Origin: Candidatus Nanobsidianus stetteri
GTDB lineage: Archaea; Nanobdellota; Nanobdellia; Nanobdellales; Nanobdellaceae
Reading direction: 5' to 3'
Assembly: GCA_000387965.1 (NCBI GenBank)
Contig: APJZ01000001.1
Location: 30,001 to 62,000, forward strand
DNA length: 32,000 nt
Numbering within the stretch: position 1 is the stretch's first letter; each line of letters opens with the position of its first letter. The translations under genes were made by a program, and so were the position numbers. Below are positions 17,660 through 26,607 of the stretch, piece after piece. The notes beneath the pieces were generated by a model. The model saw only the letters and a list, made by a program, of their open reading frames with translations. It did not search any database and was not told the origin of the DNA.

Positions 17660-18337
17660 TTATGTTTTTATCCTATATATCTCAAGTATTTTAATATCTC
17701 TAGGAGCTATATAAGATTGTTTACATGAAAGATTTTTATCTTTACCAATAAAAATATATGGGCCAGTTTTTTCCATTTCTTCATTTCTATTATTTTGATT
17801 ATTTTTAGAATTGTATTTAACATCATATCTAATAAACTTGAGTAGATCATCTAAATTGGCTTCTCTTAAATCTATATTATAAGATTTTGACTCTAAATTA
17901 TTATTATTTATTAAAGCGTCTAAAGCGTCGGGTTCACAAGAACCTTCAACATACATCCTTCTTAGTTTATCCTTTTTTACGTAAATTTCCATGTTAGATA
18001 CCTTAAATAATTTATCTAAACGTATACGATAGGGTGGGTCTTTTGCATATATTATAACTAACTTAAACTTATCATAAAAAGGAATGGTTGTTTCATTTTT
18101 TCTTATTGGTGGAGCTGGTACTATAAATACTTTAGGAAAATAATATTTATCATCATCTTTTATCTTTCTATATTTTTCAAATATTATTTTTGGAATTTCC
18201 TTTTCTGTTTGTAAAGTAAAGAATTTACGTTCTTTTTCTCTTCCTCTGTTGGATTCAACGTATGCATGTATATTATATAAACTTCCATCTCTAGTTGTAT
18301 GATATACCCTTGCTCTAAGGTAAATATAAGAAGTCAT
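17660..18337 (-). CDS. Hypothetical protein (orphan, K/R/Y-rich, soluble)
   Basis: 225-aa ORF with no competing frame and no motif I recognise. Its stop lies 7 nt from the 3' end of tRNA-Leu. Confidence 0.6.
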   Translation of the reverse strand: MTSYIYLRARVYHTTRDGSLYNIHAYVESNRGREKERKFFTLQTEKEIPKIIFEKYRKIKDDDKYYFPKVFIVPAPPIRKNETTIPFYDKFKLVIIYAKDPPYRIRLDKLFKVSNMEIYVKKDKLRRMYVEGSCEPDALDALINNNNLESKSYNIDLREANLDDLLKFIRYDVKYNSKNNQNNRNEEMEKTGPYIFIGKDKNLSCKQSYIAPRDIKILEIYRIKT

Positions 18338-18390
18338 TTTATCATAATATTATGAAAAAGTTTTTATTACTATCTAAATATTATAAAAAA

Positions 18391-19002
18391 CTATTTAGGA
18401 GGAACAGATTTCTTTATTAATTCTACATGCTCATCTGTAATCTTTTCTTCCGCATATTTTTCTAACTTTACTCCATCATCTATCTTTACTTTATGGAATA
18501 AGAATAATTTATTTTGTAAATCCCCTGTAAAGGTTCTTACCTTCTTTAAAGATTTTAGATATTCTCTTATTTCATCATTTAATATTTCTGATAACTGTTT
18601 TGTTGCAACCCAAACTCTCATATGGATTAACAATGAATTTTTATATCCAGCATTCTTTAATGCCAATATTGTTTTCTTTGTTATTTCTGATACATATGAT
18701 ACCTTTTGTTCACCACCATATGCAATAAATACAGCATCAAAATTATTTTTTACAATATCCTTTGCTATATCATTCAACTTATTCTCATCATATATATACA
18801 CTCTTGCTATTTTATCTTTATACCCTTGTTTTGATATTAGAGAGGATACTAAAGAAGAAGATAAAGCAGCACATATTCTATCCGGATATGCTATTATCGC
18901 TATATTTTTATATCCATCAAATATTCTCTTTGCTGCAACGTATCCTGTTAACCCTCTTAGGTATATTTCTTCTTCTAGAGAAGCTAAACTCATTGTCTCC
19001 AT
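18391..19002 (-). CDS. Hypothetical protein (possible alpha/beta Rossmann-like fold, orphan)
   Basis: 203-aa ORF. Alternating hydrophobic strand and helix segments (NIAIIAYPD..., FDAVFIAYGGEQ..., SLLIHMRVWV) suggest an alpha/beta fold. No diagnostic motif recognised. Confidence 0.6.
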   Translation of the reverse strand: METMSLASLEEEIYLRGLTGYVAAKRIFDGYKNIAIIAYPDRICAALSSSLVSSLISKQGYKDKIARVYIYDENKLNDIAKDIVKNNFDAVFIAYGGEQKVSYVSEITKKTILALKNAGYKNSLLIHMRVWVATKQLSEILNDEIREYLKSLKKVRTFTGDLQNKLFLFHKVKIDDGVKLEKYAEEKITDEHVELIKKSVPPK

Positions 19003-19068
19003 AAAATACTATAACAAAGTTATATTTAAAAATATAGAAGAAAGAAAAATAAAATTATTATATAGCCT

Positions 19069-19311
19069 TTACATTTTCTTGAATATTTGTTTTGTTGCTA
19101 ATTGTATATCTTCTCTCTTTACAGTTGTTCTTTTTCCATGATTTGCCAATGAAACTGCTTCTTTTGCAATTTCTAATGCTATATCTTCTAATTCTTGTTT
19201 TAGGTATCTAATTGCCTTATCTGATACTCTTGTTACTCCCGCTTGTTCACCTTTTTGCTTTAAGATTCTCTCAACTACAGCCATTGGAATTCCCCTCTCT
19301 CCTCTTGCCAT
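19069..19311 (-). CDS. Archaeal histone (histone-fold DNA-binding protein)
   Basis: The sequence is [80 protein letters not shown]. It shows the typical archaeal histone pattern (LP.A.V.RI..., RVS..A, HA.RKTV...DI.LA). I chose the ATG at 19311 rather than the track start at 19380 because a TATA box lies ~25-30 nt upstream of 19311. Confidence 0.85.
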   Translation of the reverse strand: MARGERGIPMAVVERILKQKGEQAGVTRVSDKAIRYLKQELEDIALEIAKEAVSLANHGKRTTVKREDIQLATKQIFKKM

Positions 19312-19333
19312 AAAATATATATTATTAAACTCC

Positions 19334-19342
19334 CTTATAAAT
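19334..19342 (-). promoter_or_regulatory. TATA box for a leaderless histone transcript
   Basis: The - strand reads AAATTTATAAGGGAGTTTAATAATATATATTTT-ATG. The TTTATAAG element is centred ~26 nt upstream of the ATG at 19311. Confidence 0.5.
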
Positions 19343-19450
19343 TTTTCATATTTTGGCTGATGAAAACGAAATCTTATCATAAAAATACTCTGAGATTTTA
19401 ATCACACACATTTTTATTTTACGATATTACGTATCCCATCGGTATATATC

Positions 19451-19494
19451 AAAAAGATGGTATTTACCCAACAAATTTAAAATTGGGGTAAATA
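19451..19494 (-). terminator. Hairpin plus T-tract downstream of the PCNA gene (candidate terminator)
   Basis: Perfect 9-bp inverted repeat TATTTACCC (19461-19469) / GGGTAAATA (19486-19494) with a 16-nt loop. On the - strand it is followed by CCATCTTTTTG (T5 at 19451-19455). A T6 run also follows the PCNA stop directly. Confidence 0.35.
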
Positions 19495-19507
19495 TTTAAA
19501 AAATAGG

Positions 19508-20254
19508 TTATTCTCTTGGAGCCAATACAAAACCAAATTTAAATTTATCGGTTGACTTATAATCAATCCATATTGGTTTTCCAGAGTCTAATTTAAATGT
19601 TAAAGTATCCGATATCCTTGCTACTTTAGATAATTTATACAAATAATCTATAGAATATCTTGCCATTGCTTTTGATGGAACTTCCATAGATAATACACTC
19701 TCATCTTGTGGTGTTAGATCAATTCTCATATCCTTTAATTCACCTTCAGCAATAAATGATACCTTTGGACCATCTGGATCTGCAACAATTTTTATTTCAT
19801 CAGCAATTACTTTTGCAGATTCTATTATATCATAAAATGCTTTTGAATCCATTTCAACTTTTACAGGTAATTCTAAACTTGGTAAATCCATAAATGATCC
19901 TTCAGATTCTATTAATGGTAAAGTGAATACTTTTTTAGCTTTTCCATATACAGTTAAAACAAATTTATTCTTTTCTTTATCTATTTCCCATGATATTTGA
20001 TTCTTTAAGGCTACTTTTGTCATTATTTTCTTTAAATCTTCTAAATTTATTGTAAATTTTTCTTCATCTTGTATATCATATTCTGTGAACATGTTTGGAT
20101 ACATATCTAATAATATTACTGCAACATTTGCTGGATCCAATGATGATAAAAATATACCATCTTTATTTGCTTTAAATGTTCCTTCTGATAAAAAACTTAC
20201 TATTGCGGGCAATATATTTTTTATCTCTTTAGCTTGTGGAAAGGTTACCTTCAT
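19508..20254 (-). CDS. pcn: DNA polymerase sliding clamp PCNA
   Basis: 248 aa. The length and sequence pattern are typical of archaeal PCNA (MKVTF..AKE.K.I..A.S.L..E..F....DGI.L...D...VA...L......F.EY). Confidence 0.9.
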   Translation of the reverse strand: MKVTFPQAKEIKNILPAIVSFLSEGTFKANKDGIFLSSLDPANVAVILLDMYPNMFTEYDIQDEEKFTINLEDLKKIMTKVALKNQISWEIDKEKNKFVLTVYGKAKKVFTLPLIESEGSFMDLPSLELPVKVEMDSKAFYDIIESAKVIADEIKIVADPDGPKVSFIAEGELKDMRIDLTPQDESVLSMEVPSKAMARYSIDYLYKLSKVARISDTLTFKLDSGKPIWIDYKSTDKFKFGFVLAPRE

Positions 20255-20300
20255 TCATAATAATTCCAAAAAAATTTTAAATATATATTTAGAGTATACT

Positions 20301-20513
20301 CTAATAAGCCTTACCCTGAGTATATCCAAATATAAATCCTATGAGGAAAATTATGCCAACTTGAATATAGTAATGTTGGAATAAGGTTATAAAATCGCTA
20401 AAACCTCCGGTAAAATTATGATACTCGAAATATGAATATCCAACCAATAATATTACTGCTATTATCAATGCAACCATAAATGCTGAACCATGCGTCATCA
20501 TTTGACCCTTCAT
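20301..20513 (-). CDS. Small two-TM membrane protein (orphan)
   Basis: 70 aa with two hydrophobic helices (AFMVALIIAVILLVGYSYF and IQVGIIFLIGFIFGY). It fits exactly between the helicase stop (20518) and PCNA on the same strand. Confidence 0.5.
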   Translation of the reverse strand: MKGQMMTHGSAFMVALIIAVILLVGYSYFEYHNFTGGFSDFITLFQHYYIQVGIIFLIGFIFGYTQGKAY

Positions 20514-20517
20514 AAAA

Positions 20518-23118
20518 TCAATTAGATATTTTAGTATTTAAAAATATTTTATATATGAATCTACCAGAATACTTATCTAAATATTCATTATAATTACCGC
20601 ATTTTGGAGAATATGTACATCTTGGGCATCCATCTAGACATTTACATTTATTTAAAGATATTATAGATTTTTTAATTAATTTTTCTATATTATTATATAA
20701 TATTTCTGCTAAACCGACGCCAGATTCATATCCTTCATATATAAATATTGTTGGCTTATTTGTTTGTGGATGAATTGGATAAGAATATCCACCAAGTTCT
20801 TGCGAATCTACAAATGTTACAACTGGAGATATTTTTATTATATTATGTTCTATTGCGTGTAATCCAGATCTAAATGAAGATTCATAATCAACAATTTTCT
20901 TAACTAGAAATATTAATATATTATCCTTTATTCCGTAATTTCTTTCTAAAAATTCTCCAATTATCTCTTTTATTTTTTTACTTGCCAATCCTCTATATTT
21001 TTCATAAAAGAAATCTTTACTTATAGTAGAAGAAAAGTTCAATATTTCATCAATATTTATATTATATTTTTTCTTTCCAATATATTTCTTTAATTTATCC
21101 AAAAAGAAATTATAATAAATGCTCTCTAATTCTTTTTGATATCTTTCAGGTATTATAATCCATATTGCTTTTGTATTAAATTCATAATTTATACTTTTCT
21201 CATAATAATTTATGTTTTGTATATGATTTTCCCCCATTTTATATTTTTCAATATATCCAACAAATTCTTTTTTTACTTTTATTTCTCCCAAATATATTTC
21301 CCAATCATTTATTACTTTTTTATCTATTGTATTAATTATCTTTACATCTTCATAATATATTGGACTTGTTTCTATATTTGAAAATTCTGGTCTAAAGAAT
21401 ACAAATGTAACATTATCTATATTATAATAATCTGTTATTCTAATTGCCTTTCCGGAAGAATAATATACCATTCCAGGTAATAAATAATCATAAAATGAGT
21501 GCTCATCCATTTCTTCCAGAATTTTTCCTTTACCTTTTAACATATTTATTATTCTTATTAATCCTTCCCTTTTCTTTATTCTTTTTATCATATCTTCTTC
21601 CTCCTTTGTTAAATCTACAACATAATACACCTTATCTGAAATATTTCTTAATCCAGAATATATTACTTGAGTATTTAATTTATAATATTCCTTTCCAAAT
21701 AATGGATCCTTTATTTTAGATACAATATTTTCTTTTTCCAATTCTTCCAAATATTTTTTCTCCAAATCATTTAATATACTTTTATCAATTCTTCCAAATT
21801 CATTTATTAAATATTTTAAATGTCTCTTAATAACTTTTTCATTATCTAAATTTAATGGTATATTATCTAATTTATTTTTCTCAATTCTATCTAAAAATTC
21901 ATTTATATTTGTTGAATAATAAAAGTCCAATGCATCTTTTTTAAATATCATTATATCTATTGAATCCGAAATTCTTCCAGATCTTCCAAATCTTTGAATT
22001 ATTGAAGAAATTCCTTCTCTAGGTATTCCATAATTTACTACAGATCTTATTTCTCCAATATCTATTCCGAGTTCTAATGCAGGTGTAGTTAATAATATTA
22101 AATATTCTCCAGATTTAAATTTTTGCTCAATTTCTTTCCTTTTTTCCCTTAAATAACTTGCCTTATATGTATAAATTTTATTATATTTATCTAAATCTTG
22201 AGATTCTAACCTTAATAATTCAACACCTTTCTTTGATTCAATAAATATTAGAGACTTTATATTATTTTCTAATAAAATTCTTATTGACCTTTTTAATAAT
22301 AATCTAGAACTTGAACTTTTTGGATCCAAACAAATTATATATTTTCTATATTTATTACTATAATCTTTATCAATCAATTCAAAATCTAGATCAAACATAT
22401 TTTTTGCGAATTCTATAGGATTCCTTAATGTTGCAGATAATGTTAATATTTTGAAATTATTATTTTTATAGAAATATTTTAATAATCTAATTAATCTTCT
22501 AAATGTATATGCAGCATTTGTTCCAAATACTCCTCTATATGAATGCAATTCATCTACAACAATTAAATCTAAATTTCTAAAAAAATAAAATAATTTATCA
22601 TGATTTTTTAATATATATAAATGCAAATTATCAATTGTAGTTAAAATCAAATTTGGTCTTTCTCTTATTATTTTTTCTTTTTCACTATATGTTAAATCTC
22701 CTAAAATAAATTTCATCTTAATATTTATTTTTTTATTTGTATAATTTTCAAAATCTTTTATTAATTCTTCAAATTTTTCATATTGATCATATAATAATGC
22801 TCTTAATGGATAAATTAATAAAAATGTTTTATTTGGATATTTTAATATATTATCTATAATATATAATCTAAATATATGAGATTTTCCAGAAGCTGTTGGG
22901 GTTGTTACAATTAGATTTTTATTTTTATATAATAAATTTAATCCTTCAACCTGGTGTTTATATAATTTAAAGTTTCTGGAATTTAAATATTCATTTAATT
23001 CTTTATTAAAAAATTCAAAATTATCAAATTCAGCATTTTTATTATTAATTAATTTAATTCCAACTATATAATCTTTAAACTCTTTTTCAAAAATATTTTT
23101 TAAATCATCAATATTCAT
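20518..23118 (-). CDS. Superfamily 2 DExH helicase with C-terminal DUF1998/MrfA-type 4-Cys Zn domain (COG1205, Hrq1/MrfA-like)
   Basis: 866 aa. Motif I is TPTASGKS, motif II is VVDELH and motif VI is QRFGRSGR. The C-terminal cysteine cluster is CKCLDGCPRCTYSPKCGNYNEYLDK. Confidence 0.85.
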   Translation of the reverse strand: MNIDDLKNIFEKEFKDYIVGIKLINNKNAEFDNFEFFNKELNEYLNSRNFKLYKHQVEGLNLLYKNKNLIVTTPTASGKSHIFRLYIIDNILKYPNKTFLLIYPLRALLYDQYEKFEELIKDFENYTNKKINIKMKFILGDLTYSEKEKIIRERPNLILTTIDNLHLYILKNHDKLFYFFRNLDLIVVDELHSYRGVFGTNAAYTFRRLIRLLKYFYKNNNFKILTLSATLRNPIEFAKNMFDLDFELIDKDYSNKYRKYIICLDPKSSSSRLLLKRSIRILLENNIKSLIFIESKKGVELLRLESQDLDKYNKIYTYKASYLREKRKEIEQKFKSGEYLILLTTPALELGIDIGEIRSVVNYGIPREGISSIIQRFGRSGRISDSIDIMIFKKDALDFYYSTNINEFLDRIEKNKLDNIPLNLDNEKVIKRHLKYLINEFGRIDKSILNDLEKKYLEELEKENIVSKIKDPLFGKEYYKLNTQVIYSGLRNISDKVYYVVDLTKEEEDMIKRIKKREGLIRIINMLKGKGKILEEMDEHSFYDYLLPGMVYYSSGKAIRITDYYNIDNVTFVFFRPEFSNIETSPIYYEDVKIINTIDKKVINDWEIYLGEIKVKKEFVGYIEKYKMGENHIQNINYYEKSINYEFNTKAIWIIIPERYQKELESIYYNFFLDKLKKYIGKKKYNINIDEILNFSSTISKDFFYEKYRGLASKKIKEIIGEFLERNYGIKDNILIFLVKKIVDYESSFRSGLHAIEHNIIKISPVVTFVDSQELGGYSYPIHPQTNKPTIFIYEGYESGVGLAEILYNNIEKLIKKSIISLNKCKCLDGCPRCTYSPKCGNYNEYLDKYSGRFIYKIFLNTKISN

Positions 23119-23157
23119 ATTTGATATATAAGATTAAACATTTTTATATTAAATATA
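23119..23157. promoter_or_regulatory. 39-bp bidirectional promoter with two interleaved TATA boxes (helicase and DNA ligase, both leaderless)
   Basis: The spacer is ATTTGATATATAAGATTAAACATTTTTATATTAAATATA. GATATATAAG (about 23123-23132) is ~26 nt upstream of ligase ATG 23158. TTTTTATATT (23141-23150) is ~26 nt upstream of the helicase ATG at 23118 on the - strand. Confidence 0.45.
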
Positions 23158-24825
23158 ATGAAATATTTCTCCGAATTAGCAGAAATATTGGAAAAGGTTG
23201 AAAAGATTAATGAAAAATCTTTGAAAATTGATGTTTTATCTAGATTTATAAAATCCTTAGATAAAAATGAATTAAAAATAACTATTTGGTTAATTTTGGG
23301 AAATACTGAAGAAGAATGGGTTGAAAGAAAATTAAATGTATCTATAAGTACAATTATAAGAGTACTAAGAAATTTAGGAATAAATATTAAGGAATTAAGT
23401 TTATTATATAAAAAGTACGGTGACTTAGGAGAAGCTGTTAAAATTATTTATGAAAAGGGAAATATAAAATTAAATAAATGGTTTGCAAAAAAATATACGA
23501 TAATTGATATATATAATGAACTAAAGAAAATTGAAAATTTGGAAGGAGAGGGATCAAGAGAAAAAAGGATATTATATTTAGAAGGAATATATAAAAATTT
23601 ATCACCTTTTGAGGCAAAATTATTAACAAGAATTTTACAGGGGGATATGAGATATGGAGTATTAGAAGGAACAATTGAAGATTGTTTATCTTATATATAT
23701 GGTATTAATGATGAAAAGATTAAAATCGCACATGCAATAATTGGAGATATCGGAGTTTTAGCAGAATATTTATTTAATAACCCAAAAAATATTGAAAATA
23801 TTAATATTAGATTATTTCATCCATTCAAACCAATGCTTGCAGAAAAGGCAAATAATTTTCAAGATGTATTTAATAATTTTTCTCCTGCAGCATTTGAATT
23901 TAAATTTGATGGAATAAGAGCACAAATACATAAAAGAGGAAATGACGTAAAGATATTTACTAGAAGATTAAAAGATGTAACAAGATCTTTTCCAGATGTT
24001 GTAGAATTAATATTAAATAATATAAAAAATAATGAAATAGTTGTTGAAGGAGAAATTGTTGCATGGGATTATAATAAAAATTTGCCATTACCTTTCCAAG
24101 AAATTTCAAAAAGAATAAAGAGAGAATATGAAATTTCAAAATATATAAAAGAAATACCTGTTAAATTATTTTTATTTGATATAATTTATTTAGATGGAAA
24201 ATTATTAATAAATGATGAATATATAAATAGGAGAAAAATATTAGAAGAAATTAGAGGAAATATTGATTTAACCCCAATGATAATTACAAGTAAAGAAGAT
24301 GAGGCAAAGAAATTCTTCGAAGAATCTATTAATATGAAAAATGAAGGTCTTGTAGCAAAGAAATTAGATTCAAAATATATTCCTGGAAAAAGAGATAAAT
24401 CATGGTTAAAAGTAAAAGGGCATTTAGAACCATTGGATTTAGTAATAATTGGAGGAGAATGGGGACATGGTAGAAGAAAAAATTTTATTTCGGATTTATA
24501 TTTAGCTGCACTGGATAAAGATACTGGAGAATACTTAATGGTAACAAAAACGTTCAAAGGATTATCCGATAATGAATATATTCAATTAACAAAAGAATTA
24601 TTAAAATATAAAATAAAAGAAGAAGGAAGAATTATATGGTTTAAACCAAAGATTGTTGTAGAAGTTATATACGATGAAATACAAAAAAGTCCAAAATATA
24701 AATCTGGTTTTGCATTAAGATTTGCCAGAGTTAATAGAATAAGATGGGATAAAAGTGAAAAAGATGTAAATACAATACAGGAAATTAAAGAATTTTATGA
24801 AAAACAAAGAAAAGAGGAAATATAA
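23158..24825 (+). CDS. lig: ATP-dependent DNA ligase
   Basis: 555 aa. Adenylation motif I is EFKFDGIRAQIH (KxDGxR). Other segments are EGEIVAW, EGLVAKKLDSKYIPGKRDKSWLKVK and the C-terminal OB motif LRFARVNRIRWDK. Confidence 0.95.
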   Translation: MKYFSELAEILEKVEKINEKSLKIDVLSRFIKSLDKNELKITIWLILGNTEEEWVERKLNVSISTIIRVLRNLGINIKELSLLYKKYGDLGEAVKIIYEKGNIKLNKWFAKKYTIIDIYNELKKIENLEGEGSREKRILYLEGIYKNLSPFEAKLLTRILQGDMRYGVLEGTIEDCLSYIYGINDEKIKIAHAIIGDIGVLAEYLFNNPKNIENINIRLFHPFKPMLAEKANNFQDVFNNFSPAAFEFKFDGIRAQIHKRGNDVKIFTRRLKDVTRSFPDVVELILNNIKNNEIVVEGEIVAWDYNKNLPLPFQEISKRIKREYEISKYIKEIPVKLFLFDIIYLDGKLLINDEYINRRKILEEIRGNIDLTPMIITSKEDEAKKFFEESINMKNEGLVAKKLDSKYIPGKRDKSWLKVKGHLEPLDLVIIGGEWGHGRRKNFISDLYLAALDKDTGEYLMVTKTFKGLSDNEYIQLTKELLKYKIKEEGRIIWFKPKIVVEVIYDEIQKSPKYKSGFALRFARVNRIRWDKSEKDVNTIQEIKEFYEKQRKEEI

Positions 24826-24841
24826 AAACAAATAATTAATA

Positions 24842-24914
24842 TGGGCCCGGGGGGACTCGAACCCCCGACCTCCCGGTTATCAGCCGGACGCTCTAGCCCC
24901 TGAGCCACGGGCCC
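24842..24914 (-). tRNA. tRNA-Ile (anticodon GAU), intronless, no encoded CCA
   Basis: The reverse complement is GGGCCCG-TG-GCTC-AGGGGCTA-GAGC-G-TCCGG-CTGATAA-CCGGG-AGGTC-GGGGG-TTCGAGT-CCCCC-CGGGCCC-A. This is a canonical 73-nt cloverleaf whose stems are G-C pairs apart from a few pairs involving U (in the D stem and the G-U closing the anticodon stem). Confidence 0.9.
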
Positions 24915-24965
24915 TAAAATTTATGATTATTTATCTTTTATAAAAGTTTTTTTAAATTAAATCTA

Positions 24966-25589
24966 ATGGATTTCATAAGTCAACTATTATTAAAGATTTA
25001 CCAAGTAATAGGAGAACCTATTTTGTTATATATATCAAATATACAAGATTATACAACATACTTTATAATTTTTATAATATTTGCTACAATTGGATATATA
25101 ATAGCAAAAGCTACTATATTTATATTAAGAATTATATTCAATTATACAAAATTAAATGAAATTCAAAAGAAAAATCCTGAATTATTTTATGGAATAAATA
25201 TATCCAATTTAACTTTAAGTTTAGTAAAATATTATATAATATTATATTTCTTAATATTGGGGATTGTTGTGGATTTTCCTTCCTATTATTATTTATTCTA
25301 TATATTAAATCTAGTCTATACCGCAATAATAATATTACTTGTTGGTATAATTATTGGGGATATTATTGCATACTTATTTAATATAAAGAATAATGTTGCA
25401 AAAATTGTAAAAGGAACTATACTATATTTATTCTTAATTATTGCATTATCGTATTTAGGATTAAATTCAACAGTATTGGTTCAAGCCCTATATTATTTAT
25501 TATTATCTGCAGCGATATCTTTTGGAATAATGATTGGTGTTATAATAGCATTAGAATATAAAGATGAAATAATAAAAATAATAAAATGA
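24966..25589 (+). CDS. Polytopic membrane protein (orphan; possibly a conserved-TM-helix repeat type)
   Basis: 207 aa with about 5 hydrophobic helices. Its stop overlaps the MBF1 start (ATGA). Confidence 0.6.
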   Translation: MDFISQLLLKIYQVIGEPILLYISNIQDYTTYFIIFIIFATIGYIIAKATIFILRIIFNYTKLNEIQKKNPELFYGINISNLTLSLVKYYIILYFLILGIVVDFPSYYYLFYILNLVYTAIIILLVGIIIGDIIAYLFNIKNNVAKIVKGTILYLFLIIALSYLGLNSTVLVQALYYLLLSAAISFGIMIGVIIALEYKDEIIKIIK

Positions 25590-26029
25590 AAACATGTGAA
25601 CTATGTGGAAAAAGTACAGATAAATTATATAAAGTATATATAGAAGGTACAATATTAAATGTATGTAAGGATTGTTTAAAATATGGAAAACCTGTCGATG
25701 AAAACGGAAATATAATAAAAGAAAATAAATTAGAAATAAAAGAAATTGTCGGAGAAGTTGTAGATGAAAATTATAATAAAATATTAATAAAATATAGAGA
25801 AGATCATAAATTAAAGCAAGAGGATATGGCAAAATTATTGGGAATAAAAGAAAGTTTATATAAATCAATAGAAAATAAAAAGATCATACCTGATATAAAT
25901 TTAGCTAAGAAGATTGAAAAAATATTAGGAATAAAAATAACTAAAAAGGAAGTATTAACTGAAAAAATAAATAATAAAGATAAAAAAAGTTATATAACTG
26001 TTGGAGATATTTTGGAATTTGAAGAATGA
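25586..26029 (+). CDS. mbf1: Archaeal MBF1-type transcription factor (N-terminal Zn ribbon plus Cro/C1 HTH)
   Basis: 147 aa. The Zn ribbon is CELCGK...CKDC. The HTH is LIKYREDHKLKQEDMAKLLGIKESLYKSIENKKIIPDINLAKKIEKILGIKI. Confidence 0.8.
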   Translation: MKTCELCGKSTDKLYKVYIEGTILNVCKDCLKYGKPVDENGNIIKENKLEIKEIVGEVVDENYNKILIKYREDHKLKQEDMAKLLGIKESLYKSIENKKIIPDINLAKKIEKILGIKITKKEVLTEKINNKDKKSYITVGDILEFEE

Positions 26030-26607
26030 ATATATATTACATATTATATATATTTTTTGAATCATTTATATTAAATTCTTTTCCTTTATTTGGAGCTCCC
26101 TTTACTTTATTATCAATACCTATATTATCTATTATTGGGATAAATATATATAATATAATTTTAGTATCAATTATTTTAGGTATAGGAGCAGCTACTGGGA
26201 AATTTGTAATGTATATTATAGGTATTCTCTTATCAAAACCCTTAAAGAATAATAAAAATTTACTATTCATAAAAAGAATATCAAATAGTAAAAATTTTTA
26301 CATAATTTTTTTCTTTTTAACTATATTGCCATTTATTCCATTAGATGATCTATTATTTTTATCATTTGGAATTGAAAAAATAAATATATTAAAATATTAT
26401 TTAATATCGGTTTTAGGAAAAGTATTAAAATCTTTTTTAGAATTATATGCTGAAATATTTATTTTAAATAAAGTAAGTTATATATCGAACATACCTTTAT
26501 TACAACTATCTATAATTTCTTCAATAGCATTTATTTTATTGAGTATAATATTTTTTAAATTAGACTGGGAAAAATATTTTAATAAATGGATATCAAAAGA
26601 GAAATAA
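26026..26607 (+). CDS. Polytopic membrane protein (orphan; possibly DedA/VTT-like)
   Basis: 193 aa with 4-5 hydrophobic helices. An ATGA overlap links it to mbf1, and it overlaps the downstream gene by 22 nt. Confidence 0.55.
   Translation: MNIYYILYIFFESFILNSFPLFGAPFTLLSIPILSIIGINIYNIILVSIILGIGAATGKFVMYIIGILLSKPLKNNKNLLFIKRISNSKNFYIIFFFLTILPFIPLDDLLFLSFGIEKINILKYYLISVLGKVLKSFLELYAEIFILNKVSYISNIPLLQLSIISSIAFILLSIIFFKLDWEKYFNKWISKEK

Noticed and set aside
17653-19002. An integrated mobile element at tRNA-Leu, suggested by orphan genes abutting the tRNA 3' end.
   Set aside because: There is no integrase and no direct repeat of the GC-rich tRNA 3' segment anywhere in the window. Composition is indistinguishable from the surrounding DNA.
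19312-19380. The longer 103-aa version of the histone ORF, starting [14 protein letters not shown].
   Set aside because: The TATA box (19334-19342) lies inside this extension, and archaeal histones are ~65-80 aa. The ATG at 19311 gives a canonical histone fold with leaderless spacing.
20518-23118. The DUF1998-containing helicase as part of a DISARM- or Druantia-like defence system.
   Set aside because: No methyltransferase, PLD or other defence partners are adjacent. The neighbours are PCNA, ligase and histone, and the COG1205 helicase is a widespread archaeal core-like gene.
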